Origin: an uncultured delta proteobacterium
GTDB taxonomy: Bacteria; Desulfobacterota; Binatia; Binatales; Binataceae
Direction: 5' to 3'
Assembly (NCBI GenBank): GCA_963765675.1
Contig: CAVXXK010000016.1
Coordinates: 1 to 29,152 of the forward strand
DNA: 29,152 bases
Made by a program: the position numbers and the translations under genes. Positions 8,494 through 17,236 of this stretch are shown here, one piece after another (the first letter of the stretch is position 1; each line of letters begins with the position of its first letter). Below the pieces are notes generated by a model. The model had not been told where the DNA came from and did not search any database. It saw nothing but the letters and a program-made list of their open reading frames with translations.

Positions 8494-9821
8494 GTGGTGC
8501 TCTCCGTGAGCGGTTCGACCTCATCGGGCGAGAAATACAGATAACGCCCCTGCGCTTGATAGAGATCAGCGCCCGGATCGTCCTCGAGCGTTACGGCGAC
8601 GTAGTTGCGATTCTCGACATCCAGGAAAACGCCTTCCACCATGCCGACGCGGCCCTCCAGAAACATGTCTTGCGCATCGGCGCGGCGCGCTCCCGGACAT
8701 AAGCGCACGCGACACCCCTTGCGCACTGACACGCCATTAACCTCGACGCTGTCGGTTTCGGGCGACACCGAGGAGTCGGCGCCCGGATCCCACCAAGGCG
8801 CATCGGTAGAAGGCGGCGGCGAGCCCACTGAGCGCAGGGCTCCATGCAACTTGTCGAGCATCTCGGGCGGCATCGCATCGGCGCGTTCGATAATCGCCGC
8901 AGCTCTTTCGTCAGTGGCGCGCGCTTCGCGCTTTTCTTCATCCGTGAGCGTCATGGTGCGAAGCGTGAGAATTTCATCGATCTCGGTCCCATCGAACAGG
9001 TCGCCGGGGCTCTCCGGGGCAATCGCCGGATAGTCCTGAAGAATGATCGGTGACGACAGGAGCATGTCACGGGTGCCGCTTTCGCCAACCAGCACCGGCC
9101 AGGTGCGGACGTTGGAGCATTGCGCGGAGGCCGCACGCGCATACTCAGGCGGATCGGTGAGCGATACGAAATTCCCATCCGTTACCGCCAGCAGCGTATG
9201 CGCCCCGATAAATGAGCCGCGCAACGCTTCGTCGCGTCCCGATTCGATTTCGGGCCACGGAGTCTCGTTCTCGATTCTGATGGTCAGCTTGACGAGTCGA
9301 TCGCCGACGGCAACCGTCGCAAGCCGAATCACGCCGTTCAGAGCGACCATCTCTCTAACGATTCGTGCGACAATGACCCCGCGCAAATTTCCTATCGGTT
9401 CGATGGCAAGCGCGACAGGGAATTCGAAATGAATTTCACGTTCCGGGGCGTCTGTGCTGATCGGAAATTCGAAACCCACCTCTCGCTCGATTCCCTCATC
9501 CCACGAGGCAAACAGCTTTCCATCGATATCGACCGATTCCACTGCTCGGAATGAATCACCGTCGGCTTCTTCAACCGTTCGATGTTGCATCTGGAGAAAA
9601 CGAACGTTTCCGGAGACCCGCGCGTCCGGATGGGCCTCGGCGATGCATTCGGTGCTCATCCACCACTGCTCGCATCCGCCTGACTCGCTCCACTGACGCG
9701 GCGCCAGCAGGCCGAACTGGAAACGCAAACGATTCTTGCGGGCGGAGGCTCGATATGGATACAGGACGTATCCTTCATAGAGCACAGCGTCGGCGATCTT
9801 CTTAGCGCTCTCGAAGCTCAT
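8490..9821 (-). CDS. Conserved group 1h hydrogenase accessory protein (positional HhaC equivalent)
   Basis: ADAVLYEGYVLYPYR, LSSPIILQDYPAIAPESPGDLFDGTEIDEILTLR, LTDEEK; in the conserved position in the operon. Confidence 0.8.
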   Translation of the reverse strand: MSFESAKKIADAVLYEGYVLYPYRASARKNRLRFQFGLLAPRQWSESGGCEQWWMSTECIAEAHPDARVSGNVRFLQMQHRTVEEADGDSFRAVESVDIDGKLFASWDEGIEREVGFEFPISTDAPEREIHFEFPVALAIEPIGNLRGVIVARIVREMVALNGVIRLATVAVGDRLVKLTIRIENETPWPEIESGRDEALRGSFIGAHTLLAVTDGNFVSLTDPPEYARAASAQCSNVRTWPVLVGESGTRDMLLSSPIILQDYPAIAPESPGDLFDGTEIDEILTLRTMTLTDEEKREARATDERAAAIIERADAMPPEMLDKLHGALRSVGSPPPSTDAPWWDPGADSSVSPETDSVEVNGVSVRKGCRVRLCPGARRADAQDMFLEGRVGMVEGVFLDVENRNYVAVTLEDDPGADLYQAQGRYLYFSPDEVEPLTESTT

Positions 9822-10495
9822 CGCGCCGCTCCCTCACCATCGGCAAGAAGAACGTCGAAAACCTGATCCCAACTGGCAAGGGCGAGCGTGGTCTTGAGCC
9901 GCATCAGCTTGTCGAGCGTGTCGCGCCGAAGCCGCAACCATCCGGCGTTCGGATAGTAGAGATCCATCATCTCGCGCCATACGCTGACGGGCATTCGATA
10001 CGACGCCTCCGCATGCCACGGCACCTGACTGACCTGGAAGCCGCTGCCGTTACGGGCGAAAACGGTTCCGCTGAACAGGAGCAACAGCGGAATCTCGCCG
10101 TCGTCGAGTGAATGAAAATACTTGGCGGCGGCGATTTCGAGATCGTAGGTGCATGGCACCGGCAATTCGACCATTTGAGAGCGATCAAACGCAGGCGTCA
10201 GATGAGAGACGTTGGTCCACAAAAAGGGCTTTACGGTATCGCCCCAGCGCGGGGTGTTACCAAACAATTCCTCGAGCCGGCGCTCTTCCGCGTCGGAATA
10301 TCCGCGGCGATTTGGCTCGATTCGAATCTGGCATCGCAGCGCTATCGTATGGATCGGAGGGCCGCTCTCCTGGTCGACACGAATCACGAAGGTCAACGTG
10401 GGGACAGCCGCATAGCGTTCAGGACGCGCCGCTTCGACCTCGAAACGGAACTGTTGCGATAGCGGCGAATTGCCCGGTTGCACAGGACCAGTCAT
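9818..10495 (-). CDS. DUF6084-like group 1h accessory protein (positional HhaB equivalent)
   Basis: LRCQIRIEP.RR.Y, LFG.TPRWG, VPCTYD, KYF.SL.DGEIPLLLLFSGTVF, VPW. Confidence 0.8.
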   Translation of the reverse strand: MTGPVQPGNSPLSQQFRFEVEAARPERYAAVPTLTFVIRVDQESGPPIHTIALRCQIRIEPNRRGYSDAEERRLEELFGNTPRWGDTVKPFLWTNVSHLTPAFDRSQMVELPVPCTYDLEIAAAKYFHSLDDGEIPLLLLFSGTVFARNGSGFQVSQVPWHAEASYRMPVSVWREMMDLYYPNAGWLRLRRDTLDKLMRLKTTLALASWDQVFDVLLADGEGAAR

Positions 10496-11193
10496 CTGCC
10501 GATCCCCGGGCGCAGATCGCCATTGCGTAAGAGTTGTCTGCGGAATGCTGCGGGCTGGCTCCGTTTCCGGATCTTATCGAAGAAGGCATCCACGTCATTC
10601 CAGGCTTGCTCGCCGCCATCGAAGCCCTTCCAGCGACGTCGCATAGTCCCGGTTAGTTCGTAGCAAGCATCGATGGGAACAATGAAACAGTCGAATTCGC
10701 CGTTGCGATGGCCATAAACCAGCAGCGCCTCGACATCGGGCTGCATCGTTTCGAGCATCGGGTTGGCCGCGCGCAGATCGTTCCATGCCCGCAGGTCCAA
10801 CATCGATTCAGTCGCGCCGGCTGGACCGGGATAGAGCGCCACGATTCGCCCGATCAGTGAGTTGTGAAAGAAGAACGCGATTCGCACCGGAATCTGGAAG
10901 GCGTCCCAAGCCGATTGGGTGAGCGCGAAACCGGAATCGTGCAGATAGCGATCCGGGATCGCCCGATAGCGGCGTTGTCCTGCGACCTCCGCCGTGAAGA
11001 GCAGGTAACAGGCGCGGCAGCTGCAGATCAGGTTCCGGCTCTCCATGTTCACCAAATGGGAATGCTCCTCGCTGAGCGCAATGCGGCACATCTCGCATAC
11101 TTCGCCTGCCAGCTTGGTCTGCTCGCGAGAGACGAAAGCGCGCAGGGCGCGCAGATGGGGCGCGGCAGCGGAGATTCGAGGGGCGACGCTCAT
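10492..11193 (-). CDS. DUF5947-like Cys/His-rich group 1h accessory protein (positional HhaA equivalent)
   Basis: Start re-set to the ATG at 11193 (ATGA overlap with the upstream stop). CEMC...HSH...CSCRAC, YPGPAGATES, PDVEALL, VPIDACYEL, WKGFDGG. Confidence 0.8.
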   Translation of the reverse strand: MSVAPRISAAAPHLRALRAFVSREQTKLAGEVCEMCRIALSEEHSHLVNMESRNLICSCRACYLLFTAEVAGQRRYRAIPDRYLHDSGFALTQSAWDAFQIPVRIAFFFHNSLIGRIVALYPGPAGATESMLDLRAWNDLRAANPMLETMQPDVEALLVYGHRNGEFDCFIVPIDACYELTGTMRRRWKGFDGGEQAWNDVDAFFDKIRKRSQPAAFRRQLLRNGDLRPGIGR

Positions 11194-12086
11194 GCCGCGC
11201 CTCCCGCAATGGCGATTCGAACGCCGGAGCCACTCTCGAGCAAGGGAATCGGCTCCAGATGTAATTGTGTGTCGCCGATTGAGCGCCCGGCGAATCGGAC
11301 ATTGTAGCGCTCGGCGCATGACCGGCAGGTAAGCAAGTCGCCTTCCAGGCCTCCGTTTTCCAGTGCCGATCCACACGAGGGGCATCGTCCGCGGTATGCG
11401 TAGAGCTGCTTGCCTACGCGACAGAGCATAATGCGCTCGCCGGTAACTTCGGTCGCGAGCAATTCGCCGGATTGGCGAGGCGGTTGCTGCTCGAGCGCGA
11501 TCCATTCGGGGAGTTTGGCGGCGGCACTCCCATTGCCGTTAGTGCCGTTGACGTGCGATTTCGCGATCATCGAATTCAACGGATTCTTGTGCTCGGTAAT
11601 ACCTTCGACCTCAATTCTGGCGATTTCCGGAGCGAGTTCCTTGATCGCACTTTCAACGGTGAGCTTCACCGTCAAGGCTGACGACGGGCACCCGTCGCAA
11701 GTTCCGTCCAGGCGGAGCTTCACCACGCCGGCCGTCTCATCCACGCCCACCACCGCCACGTCACCGCCGTGCGATCCCAGATAAGGCCGCACGCGATCGA
11801 GAGCGCGCGCAACACGAGCGGCAGTGTCCTCCGGATGAAGTCCGTGAAGCAGCATGAGGCTCGCGAGGAGTTCGTCCTCCAGCACGCGCTCGCGCAATTT
11901 GTCGATTGTCAGATCCGTGTCGAGCAGGTCGACGAACCGGGTCAGGCCGGCTCCGTACAACTCTACCACCAGACGCATCAGCTCCTCGACGCGCGGCCAG
12001 GTCGATGGCTCGGCCATCGCGCGAAGCTCGTCGAGTAATTTCTCGATCCGTTCTCCAGCGCGCCGGAAATTATCATCAGAGTTCAT
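11190..12086 (-). CDS. hhyE: NifU/NfuA-domain Fe-S protein with a C-terminal Rieske-fold domain (HhyE-like)
   Basis: LLHGLHP, VRPYLGSHGGDV, LDGTCDGCPSS; C-terminal YAYRGRCPSC...LTCRSC; immediately downstream of the large subunit. Confidence 0.82.
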   Translation of the reverse strand: MNSDDNFRRAGERIEKLLDELRAMAEPSTWPRVEELMRLVVELYGAGLTRFVDLLDTDLTIDKLRERVLEDELLASLMLLHGLHPEDTAARVARALDRVRPYLGSHGGDVAVVGVDETAGVVKLRLDGTCDGCPSSALTVKLTVESAIKELAPEIARIEVEGITEHKNPLNSMIAKSHVNGTNGNGSAAAKLPEWIALEQQPPRQSGELLATEVTGERIMLCRVGKQLYAYRGRCPSCGSALENGGLEGDLLTCRSCAERYNVRFAGRSIGDTQLHLEPIPLLESGSGVRIAIAGGAA

Positions 12087-12099
12087 GGCTAGCGCTCGT

Positions 12100-13869
12100 T
12101 CACACGGTGTGAATCATCGACGGCGAATGGATTTGCTTAAGCACCCGGCCGTGACCCAGATGCATATGGACGCCGCACGGCAGACATGGATCGAAGCTAC
12201 GCACGGTGCGCATAATATCGATTCCCCGGAAAGCCGGACCGGGTCCGTTGTCCTCGAAAATCGGCGTGTTCTGCACTGCGTCTTCGTAAGGGCCGGGAAC
12301 GCCATGCGAATCGCGCGGACTCGCGTTCCACGGAGTCGGGGGATACGGATGGTAGTTCGCGATCTTCCCGTCCCGGATAACCATGTGATGAGAGAGCACA
12401 CCACGCACCGCCTCGGTGAACCCGCATCCGATTCCGTCCCGTGGAACCTTGAACTCATTCCAGGTCTTGGTGCGTCCTTGGCGGACTTCCTTCAGTCCCT
12501 GCTCGACGAAGTACAGCGCAGCCGCAGCGGCGTAGGCCTGGAAATAAGTGCGCGCGCGATCGCGCTCGATGGTGTTGCTCCACTTCGGAATTTTCCATTC
12601 CAGCGTAACCGGCCCTTTGGTCGCGGACTTGGGGAAATTGAATACCACGCTGTTGCCGGTGGATTTCACGTATCCAATATCGACCAGCTTCGCCAAAGCC
12701 GTCGCCCATAGGCGCGCGAGCGGGCCGCCGCCGGTGTCGAGGGGAAGATCGTCCTTTCCGTCGTTCCATCGCGGCGACATGACCCACGTGTATTTGTCGC
12801 CTAGCTGGCGCTTCTGCGGCCTCGGTATGGTGTGCTGATTCCACGGATGGCGCGGGTCGACCCTGTTGCCCAGCGGATCCTCGCGCACGAACATCTCCTT
12901 GCCTTCCCAGTCCTCGTAGTAAGAGCTGCCGAGCAGGATTCTGATTCCCAGGTTGATCTTGACCAGGTCGTTGGTGACCAGTTTGCCGTCGACCACCACG
13001 CCCGGCGTTACGAACATGTGCCGGCCCCATTCGGTCATGTCGCGATAGTTAAAGTTGCATACGTTGGGATCCTGAAATGCGCCCCAGCATCCGAGCAGTA
13101 TCCGCCGGTTTCCAACTTGCTCGTAGCCGGGCATCGCCTCGTAAAAGAAATCGAAGAGGTCATCGTGCATCGGAACCGCACGCTTCACGAATTCGACGTA
13201 GCGCATCAAACGCGACAGGTAATCGGTAAGCAGCTGCACCGATGGCACCGTGCCGACACCTCCCGGATACAGGGTCGAGGGATGAACGTGGCGGCCTTCC
13301 ATCAGGCAGAACATTTCACGCGTGTAACGGCTCGTCTGGAGCGCTTCGCGATAGAAGTCTCCCTCGAGCGGATTGACCGCTTTCATGATGTCGCCGATGG
13401 TTCGGTAGCCGTGGTCCGCGGCATGCGGAGCCTCGGTCTTGGCGGCTTTTTCCCAGACCCCCGGATTCGTCGCGCGGACCATTTTCTCGCAAAAATCTAC
13501 CGCGACCAGGTTTTCCTGGAAGATGCAGTGATCGAACATATACTCGGCGGCTTCCCCGAGGTTGACAATCCATTCGCCGAGATGCGGCGGTTGCACGCCA
13601 TACGCCATGTTCTGGCAGTAACAGGAACAAGTGGCGTGATTGTCGCCGCAGATTCCGCATATGCGGCTGGTGATGAAGTGGGCATCGCGTGGATCCTTGC
13701 CCTGCATGAAGATGCTATAGCCACGAAACACCGACGAGGTGCTATAGCATTCGGCAACTCTCCGGTTGGAGAAATCGATCTTAGTATAGATTCCGAGACT
13801 GCCCACGATGCGGGTGATCGGATCCCAGTTCATCTCGACCAGATTGCCTTGAGTTGAGGCAGCACTCAT
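12100..13869 (-). CDS. hhyL: Group 1h [NiFe]-hydrogenase large subunit
   Basis: WDPITRIVGSLG, L1 motif TSRICGICGDNH, L2 motif SFDPCLPCGVH followed by a cleavable C-terminal tail. Start re-set to the ATG at 13869 (GGAGG/GAGG RBS). Confidence 0.96.
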   Translation of the reverse strand: MSAASTQGNLVEMNWDPITRIVGSLGIYTKIDFSNRRVAECYSTSSVFRGYSIFMQGKDPRDAHFITSRICGICGDNHATCSCYCQNMAYGVQPPHLGEWIVNLGEAAEYMFDHCIFQENLVAVDFCEKMVRATNPGVWEKAAKTEAPHAADHGYRTIGDIMKAVNPLEGDFYREALQTSRYTREMFCLMEGRHVHPSTLYPGGVGTVPSVQLLTDYLSRLMRYVEFVKRAVPMHDDLFDFFYEAMPGYEQVGNRRILLGCWGAFQDPNVCNFNYRDMTEWGRHMFVTPGVVVDGKLVTNDLVKINLGIRILLGSSYYEDWEGKEMFVREDPLGNRVDPRHPWNQHTIPRPQKRQLGDKYTWVMSPRWNDGKDDLPLDTGGGPLARLWATALAKLVDIGYVKSTGNSVVFNFPKSATKGPVTLEWKIPKWSNTIERDRARTYFQAYAAAAALYFVEQGLKEVRQGRTKTWNEFKVPRDGIGCGFTEAVRGVLSHHMVIRDGKIANYHPYPPTPWNASPRDSHGVPGPYEDAVQNTPIFEDNGPGPAFRGIDIMRTVRSFDPCLPCGVHMHLGHGRVLKQIHSPSMIHTV

Positions 13870-13963
13870 CCTCGAAACCTCCAACGAAATTGGGGCCTGC
13901 GCCCCCCGGACCATGTGGCATACTGGTCGCGGGTCGTGACTGGTTGTTAAGACCTAAAGATCA

Positions 13964-15010
13964 CTATTCCGCGTACCAGCGCGGCCTATATCCGGTGCGC
14001 AACTGCTGGCCCGGCCTGCGCCACTTCGGCTCCTTGTTGAGAGTGTGCTGAGTAAGGCTGCGGAGCGACCGAATCAGGGCGCCATAGCCGCTGATCAAAG
14101 CGCTGGAAAGCTTGCCGCCTGGTGGCTCATCCATGAACGGCATGAATTTATCGGGGAATCCCGGCATGGTGCATCCGATACAGATTCCTCCCACATTGGG
14201 GCATCCGCCGATCCCACCCATCCATCCCCGTTTCGGCACGTTGCAGTTAACGACTGGGCCCCAGCACCCGATCTTCACTAGACATTTTTGCGAACCGTAC
14301 GCCTTGCCAAAATCGCCCTGCTCGTAATAGCCGGCGCGATCGCATCCCTCATGGACAGTCTGTTCGAACAGCCATTTCGGACGATGCTCCTTGTCGAGAG
14401 GAATCATCGGTGCCTGCCCCGCTGCCTGGTAGAGCAGGTATGCGATAGTCTCCGAAAGGTTATCAGGCTGAATCGGACATCCGGGCACACATACGATGGG
14501 AATTCCCGCGTGTGATTTCCAATCCCACCCGAGATAGTCGAGCACTCCCATTGCACCGGTCGGATTATTCGACATCGCATGGATTCCGCCGTACGTGGCG
14601 CAAGTGCCGACCGCCAGCACCAGCAAAGCCTTCGGAGCCAGGCGATCGATCCATTCGCTGGTGGTGATCGGTTGCCCGGTCGCTGGGTCGTTGCCGAAGC
14701 CCGACCAGTATCCCTCTTTTTTTATCTTCTCGTTGGGGATCGATCCCTCGATCACGAGCACGAACGGATTGATTTCTCCGCGTGCGCCCTTAAAGAACCA
14801 TTCGATGAAATCATCATTGCTGCCGACCGGGCCTGTCTCGGGCGCGATCAGCGGCCAATGGACATCGACCTTGGGGAGGCCCGGCAACGTGCCGAGCACG
14901 ATATCCTCAATGCTGGGTTGCATGGCCGCGGTCAGCGCGACGGAATCACCGTCACAACTCAGACCCGCGTTGATCCAGAGAACGTGAACGACGGTTTCTT
15001 TGTCGGGCAT
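13964..15010 (-). CDS. hhyS: Group 1h [NiFe]-hydrogenase small subunit
   Basis: LSCDGDSV (CxxD proximal ligand pattern), GTCATYGG, PGCP, VHEGCDR, CLVKIGCWGP, CPNVGGICIGC; no Tat signal peptide. Confidence 0.96.
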   Translation of the reverse strand: MPDKETVVHVLWINAGLSCDGDSVALTAAMQPSIEDIVLGTLPGLPKVDVHWPLIAPETGPVGSNDDFIEWFFKGARGEINPFVLVIEGSIPNEKIKKEGYWSGFGNDPATGQPITTSEWIDRLAPKALLVLAVGTCATYGGIHAMSNNPTGAMGVLDYLGWDWKSHAGIPIVCVPGCPIQPDNLSETIAYLLYQAAGQAPMIPLDKEHRPKWLFEQTVHEGCDRAGYYEQGDFGKAYGSQKCLVKIGCWGPVVNCNVPKRGWMGGIGGCPNVGGICIGCTMPGFPDKFMPFMDEPPGGKLSSALISGYGALIRSLRSLTQHTLNKEPKWRRPGQQLRTGYRPRWYAE

Positions 15011-15067
15011 GACATCTCACATGCGAAGTGGAGAAAGTTTGCGGTCGAAGGTCAGCTTCTAACGGGC

Positions 15068-15083
15068 AGCAATAGCGATGCCA
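15068..15083 (-). promoter_or_regulatory. Sigma54 (-24/-12) promoter for the hhySL operon
   Basis: The minus strand reads TGGCATCGCTATTGCT, matching TGGCA-N6-TTGC with exact GG-N10-GC spacing, about 58 nt before the hhyS ATG. A sigma54 activator gene is nearby. Confidence 0.85.
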
Positions 15084-15211
15084 TTGCCGAGCCATGTTCA
15101 GCCGAGCGTACGAGGCATGATCCGTTGCGCAAACGAGGAGTCGCGAAGCCAATGTCTGCGCTGAATTCGAACTTTTGCAAGTAGTAGCGTCCCGCGATGC
15201 GCGCGCTGTGA

Positions 15212-15228
15212 TGCGACACTATGCGACA
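15212..15228. promoter_or_regulatory. Tandem TGCGACA-N3-TGCGACA, candidate upstream activator sequence
   Basis: TGCGACA at 15212-15218 and 15222-15228 (10-bp period), about 130 bp upstream of the hhyS -24 element. Confidence 0.6.
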
Positions 15229-15322
15229 GCGAGCGCGTATAAATTTGGACAGATGGGGCTATATTTGATGGCCTAAACACCAGGTAGGAACACTCGATGA
15301 CTATGATCATGTTCGTGCGGAG

Positions 15323-15339
15323 TGTCGCAGGGTGTCGCA
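15323..15339. promoter_or_regulatory. Tandem TGTCGCA-N3-TGTCGCA, an inverted copy of the 15212-15228 site and candidate UAS
   Basis: TGTCGCA at 15323-15329 and 15333-15339, about 95 bp upstream of the plus-strand -24 element. Confidence 0.6.
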
Positions 15340-15433
15340 GCAACAGCACTTCGATCTCAGCCGTAATGTTGAACAATATTTCAGGACACGGCGGAGTTTT
15401 CGAAAAACTCGAATTCGAAGTGAGATTTGTGGC

Positions 15434-15449
15434 TGGAACACTTAATGCT
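15434..15449 (+). promoter_or_regulatory. Candidate sigma54 promoter for the pseudo-receiver-PAS gene
   Basis: TGGAACACTTAATGCT with GG-N10-GC spacing, about 66 nt before the ATG at 15516. Confidence 0.6.
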
Positions 15450-15515
15450 CCAAATCCGCGGACAGTTCCCGCTTCCCCAACAGAGCGCCACCTGGCGCAG
15501 CGCTAAAGAGCATGT

Positions 15516-16250
15516 ATGCGGTCGCGTCCTGCCCGAATTCTCTTATCAGAGGCGCCCGGCCCGTCCGCCGAGGCCATGAAGACCAGATTGATCAAGCGAG
15601 GATATCTGGTTGCGTGTAGCGGTTGTGACGAGGCACCTGAGACGCTTGATAGTCTGCGTCCGAACCTCGCAATCGTCAGGGTAGACCCGCTGAAGCCTCA
15701 CGATGCGACCGGGAATATCGAGGAGATCGGCGGACGGTTGGATGTGCCGGCAGTTTTCCTAGGGACACCCGCTGATCTAGCGCTTGTACGGCCCGTTAAG
15801 GGCTCGAATTTCTATGGATATCTACTGGAGCCGTTCGACGACTTGGAGCTGGACTTGGTCCTCGAGACCGCGCTTGACCGCCATCGAACCGAACGAAATC
15901 TTCGCGAGAGTGAGCAATGGCTAAGGGCGATTCTGCGCAGTATTGGACACGGTGTGGTCGCGACTGACGCCGCGTGGCGAGTGCGGTTTATCAATCCTGC
16001 CGCCGAAGAGCTCACCGGATGGATTGCGGACGAGGCAATTGGCCGTGCCCTTTCGGAAGTCGTGTCGGTGTCGATCTCAGCTCCGGAATTGATCCGCGGC
16101 GGCCGAGCGCAGGGTGTGTTGCACCATCGCGCTGGAAAAGAGGTCCCAATCGAGGAAAGCAGCACCACGATTCGCAATGAGGAGGGGAAGGTGATCGGCT
16201 CGGTGATTGCGATCGGCGCGGTGGCCGAGCCCTCACGCAACTGCAAATGA
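15516..16250 (+). CDS. Pseudo-receiver (REC-like) + coiled coil + PAS protein with no output domain
   Basis: REC-like N-terminus (RILLSE...GY.V...RPNLAIVRVD...VPAVFLG...YGYLLEPF), linker LRESEQWL, PAS SIGHGVVATD...FINPAAEELTGW...IRNEEGKVIG. Confidence 0.85.
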   Translation: MRSRPARILLSEAPGPSAEAMKTRLIKRGYLVACSGCDEAPETLDSLRPNLAIVRVDPLKPHDATGNIEEIGGRLDVPAVFLGTPADLALVRPVKGSNFYGYLLEPFDDLELDLVLETALDRHRTERNLRESEQWLRAILRSIGHGVVATDAAWRVRFINPAAEELTGWIADEAIGRALSEVVSVSISAPELIRGGRAQGVLHHRAGKEVPIEESSTTIRNEEGKVIGSVIAIGAVAEPSRNCK

Positions 16251-16261
16251 AATGGAAATTT

Positions 16262-17236
16262 CTATTGCTTGGACCTTATCTCACTGCGCAGCCGGCGATA
16301 GACCGTGGAGCGGTGGATTCCAAGGCGGCGCGCCGTTTCGGATACGTTGTGCTGGCTGGCGTCGAAAACCGCCTTCAGCGCGACGATCGCCCCATCGCTG
16401 GGATTGCTGCCTGAATCATTTTCGCTGCGCTTGATTCCCCTCGCGAGCTGAGTGCGATGCCACAACTCGGACGGAAGATCGGCAGGCATCAGTCGATCGC
16501 GCGATGAAACCAGAATAGTCCTGAGCAGGACGTTGCGCAGCTCGCGCGCATTACCCGGCCAAGGATAGGGACAGGACTCGAGCGCCTGCCACACCCCGTC
16601 GTCCACTTCGCCCAGGTAATGCAATTCCTCGCGCAGGCATTTTTCCGCTATTGGCCGGATGTCCTGGCGACGGTCGCGCAGCGCCGCAATTTCGATCGAG
16701 AGGCAATTGAGGCGGTAGATCAAATCGGAGCGGATCCGGCCGTCGCTCAATTCCTCGATTGGAATGTTGGTCGCGACCACCACCCGTACCCCGCAATGGA
16801 CTTGTTGGGTGCCTCCAACGCGAACAAAACGGCCGGTTTCCAAAAACCGCAGCAACACGCTTTGAGGGGTAGGTGGCAGATCTTGAAATTCGTCGAGGAA
16901 CAGCGTGCCTTCCCGCGCAGCGTCGAAAAACCCTTGATGGGCGTGTCGGTCGGCGCCGGTGAACGATCCCGGTTCATATCCGCACAGCTCCGGAATCGCT
17001 ATTTCTCCGCATAGCATTCCGCAATTCACGGCGACGAATGGACCGCGGCGGCGCGCGCTCGCGTTGTGGATCGCGTGGGCGATCAATTCCTTACCGGTCC
17101 CTGACTCGCCTACCAGCACCACCGGGTAGTCGGCCCGCGCGGCGTGGTGCGCAAGCTCGATGGTTTGGCGCAGTTGCCTGCTGACACCCAGGATGTCGTT
17201 GAAAGTGTAACGTGCGGTCCAAGCCTCGGTATTCAT
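16262..17236 (-). CDS. Sigma54-dependent enhancer-binding activator (AAA+ plus Fis HTH) lacking an N-terminal sensory domain
   Basis: Walker A GESGTGKE, GSFTGA loop, Walker B LFLDE, RSDLIYRLN, WPGNARELRN, HTH NVSETARRLGIHRSTVYRRL; the AAA+ domain starts about 10 aa from the N-terminus. Confidence 0.95.
   Translation of the reverse strand: MNTEAWTARYTFNDILGVSRQLRQTIELAHHAARADYPVVLVGESGTGKELIAHAIHNASARRRGPFVAVNCGMLCGEIAIPELCGYEPGSFTGADRHAHQGFFDAAREGTLFLDEFQDLPPTPQSVLLRFLETGRFVRVGGTQQVHCGVRVVVATNIPIEELSDGRIRSDLIYRLNCLSIEIAALRDRRQDIRPIAEKCLREELHYLGEVDDGVWQALESCPYPWPGNARELRNVLLRTILVSSRDRLMPADLPSELWHRTQLARGIKRSENDSGSNPSDGAIVALKAVFDASQHNVSETARRLGIHRSTVYRRLRSEIRSKQ

Noticed and set aside
11194-11505. 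104-aa N-terminal extension of the 10492..11505 ORF
   Set aside because: It overlaps the HhyE Rieske-fold domain in another frame; the ATGA-coupled start at 11193 is more plausible
11854-13857. Long plus-strand ORFs (285 aa and 341 aa) antisense to hhyL, and similar ones opposite hypF, hypE and hhyS
   Set aside because: Shadow ORFs expected from GC-rich codon bias; no recognisable motifs, and they overlap well-supported genes
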